From the NCBI RefSeq assembly GCF_964188315.1, contig NC_135663.1:30256001-30320000 (forward strand): a stretch of DNA of 64,000 nt, read 5' to 3'. The notes under the pieces were generated by a model. It was not told the DNA's origin. It was given only the letters and a program-made list of their open reading frames with translations, and searched no databases. Of this stretch, positions 63,061 to 64,000 are shown piece by piece. How positions within the stretch are numbered: the first letter of the stretch is position 1; every line of letters begins with the position of its first letter. The position numbers and the translations under genes are program-made. This DNA is from Podarcis muralis (taxonomy: Eukaryota).

Positions 63061-63328
63061 GTCTCAATGGTTTTAAATGTTTTAATTGTTTTTAATTTGC
63101 AGCACCTTAAATGGTTGTTGTTGTTTTTTATAATATTATATTATTTTACTATTTTATTTTTGCTTGGGGAGGGATAAGCATTTAGTCAGCGCTATTGTTT
63201 CTTGTTTTATTTTGTTCTGTTTTGTTTTGTTATTATTATTATTATTCTGTTAAATTATTATATAATTTGTATTTTGCTTTTTAAGGGGTGGGGTCAGGGC
63301 TGCCTGGGAGTGGGTCCCAGCAAACAAA

Positions 63329-64000
63329 ATGGCTGGGGCATGTTCCACAGGGGGGGATGCACTGGGACAACCGATCTCAGTGATCATGGGTAGGAGGAGG
63401 AGTTACGCTAAGACCAGACCATGTCATTACCGAGGAGGCAGGTTTAGTCGTTGTCTGAGGACTATCCCTGCCTCCAGGTCTGGTTCTGACTGGAAGGATA
63501 CTGGAATCAGCAAGGGAAACCCACATGACCTGAAAGTGTTGCTGTGCAATGCCAGGTCAATGATGAATAAAACCACTGCCATCCACGACCTGATTGTGGA
63601 TGGAGGATTTGACCTGGCATGTGTGACAGAGACCTGGTTGGATGAAGCAGATGGGCCTGTCCTTGCCGCTGCTTGCCCACCAGGCTTCTCTTACGCACAG
63701 CAACCCAGGTCATGTGGGCGGGGAGGGGGGGTTGCAGTGATTTTTAGGAAGTCATTAGTCTGCACCAGGCGTCCTATTGGGAAGACCCAGTTCTCTGAGT
63801 GCATGTTCTGGAAGTTGGGCAATAGGGGCAGTACAGGATTCCTACTGGTGTACCGACCTCCCCGCTGCACCAAGGATTCCCTGCCCGAGCTGCTTCAGGT
63901 CATGGCGGATATGCTCCTGGAGACAACTAGCTTGGTTGTCCTGGGGGATTTTAACATCCATGCCGACACGACCTTACAAGGGGCCGCTCGGGACTTCGTG
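63329..64000 (+). mobile_element. L2-clade LINE, 5' part of the pol ORF (APE endonuclease), open to the window edge
   Basis: Hand translation from ATG 63329 gives 224 codons with no stop: ...KVLLCNARSMMNK...DLACVTETWL...GRGGGVAVIF...LLVYRPP...LVVLGDFNIH, the hallmark AP-endonuclease motifs. Confidence 0.92.

Overview
Squamate genomic DNA, most likely a lacertid lizard, judged from Sauria/Squam1, Squam2 and Squam3 SINEs plus Bov-B, CR1 and L2 LINEs. The only protein-coding gene I can support is the 5' end of ANKRD50 on the minus strand. Its first coding exon is CDS 8558->8080, with a Walker A motif GGPGSGKT and a GT donor at 8079. It is preceded by a ~790-840 nt leader rich in upstream ATGs and a CpG-island promoter at ~9.9-11.7 kb. 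Positions 1-8079 are intron, and I did not find the next coding exon in the window. The rest (12-64 kb) is gene-free, TE-rich DNA: 10 Sauria SINEs, 4 Bov-B pieces, CR1 and L2 fragments, 3-4 solo LTRs, and hAT and Tc1/mariner MITEs. It also holds several unique, motif-dense blocks that look like conserved enhancers, a 129-N assembly gap, and the start of an apparently intact L2 endonuclease ORF at the right edge. I did not find a clear new multi-gene system. The best leads are the ANKRD50 leader architecture, a triple-nested TE stack next to the promoter, a bipartite non-autonomous Bov-B inserted as one unit, and the candidate enhancers. All identifications are by eye and from memory of family consensus sequences; no searches were run.
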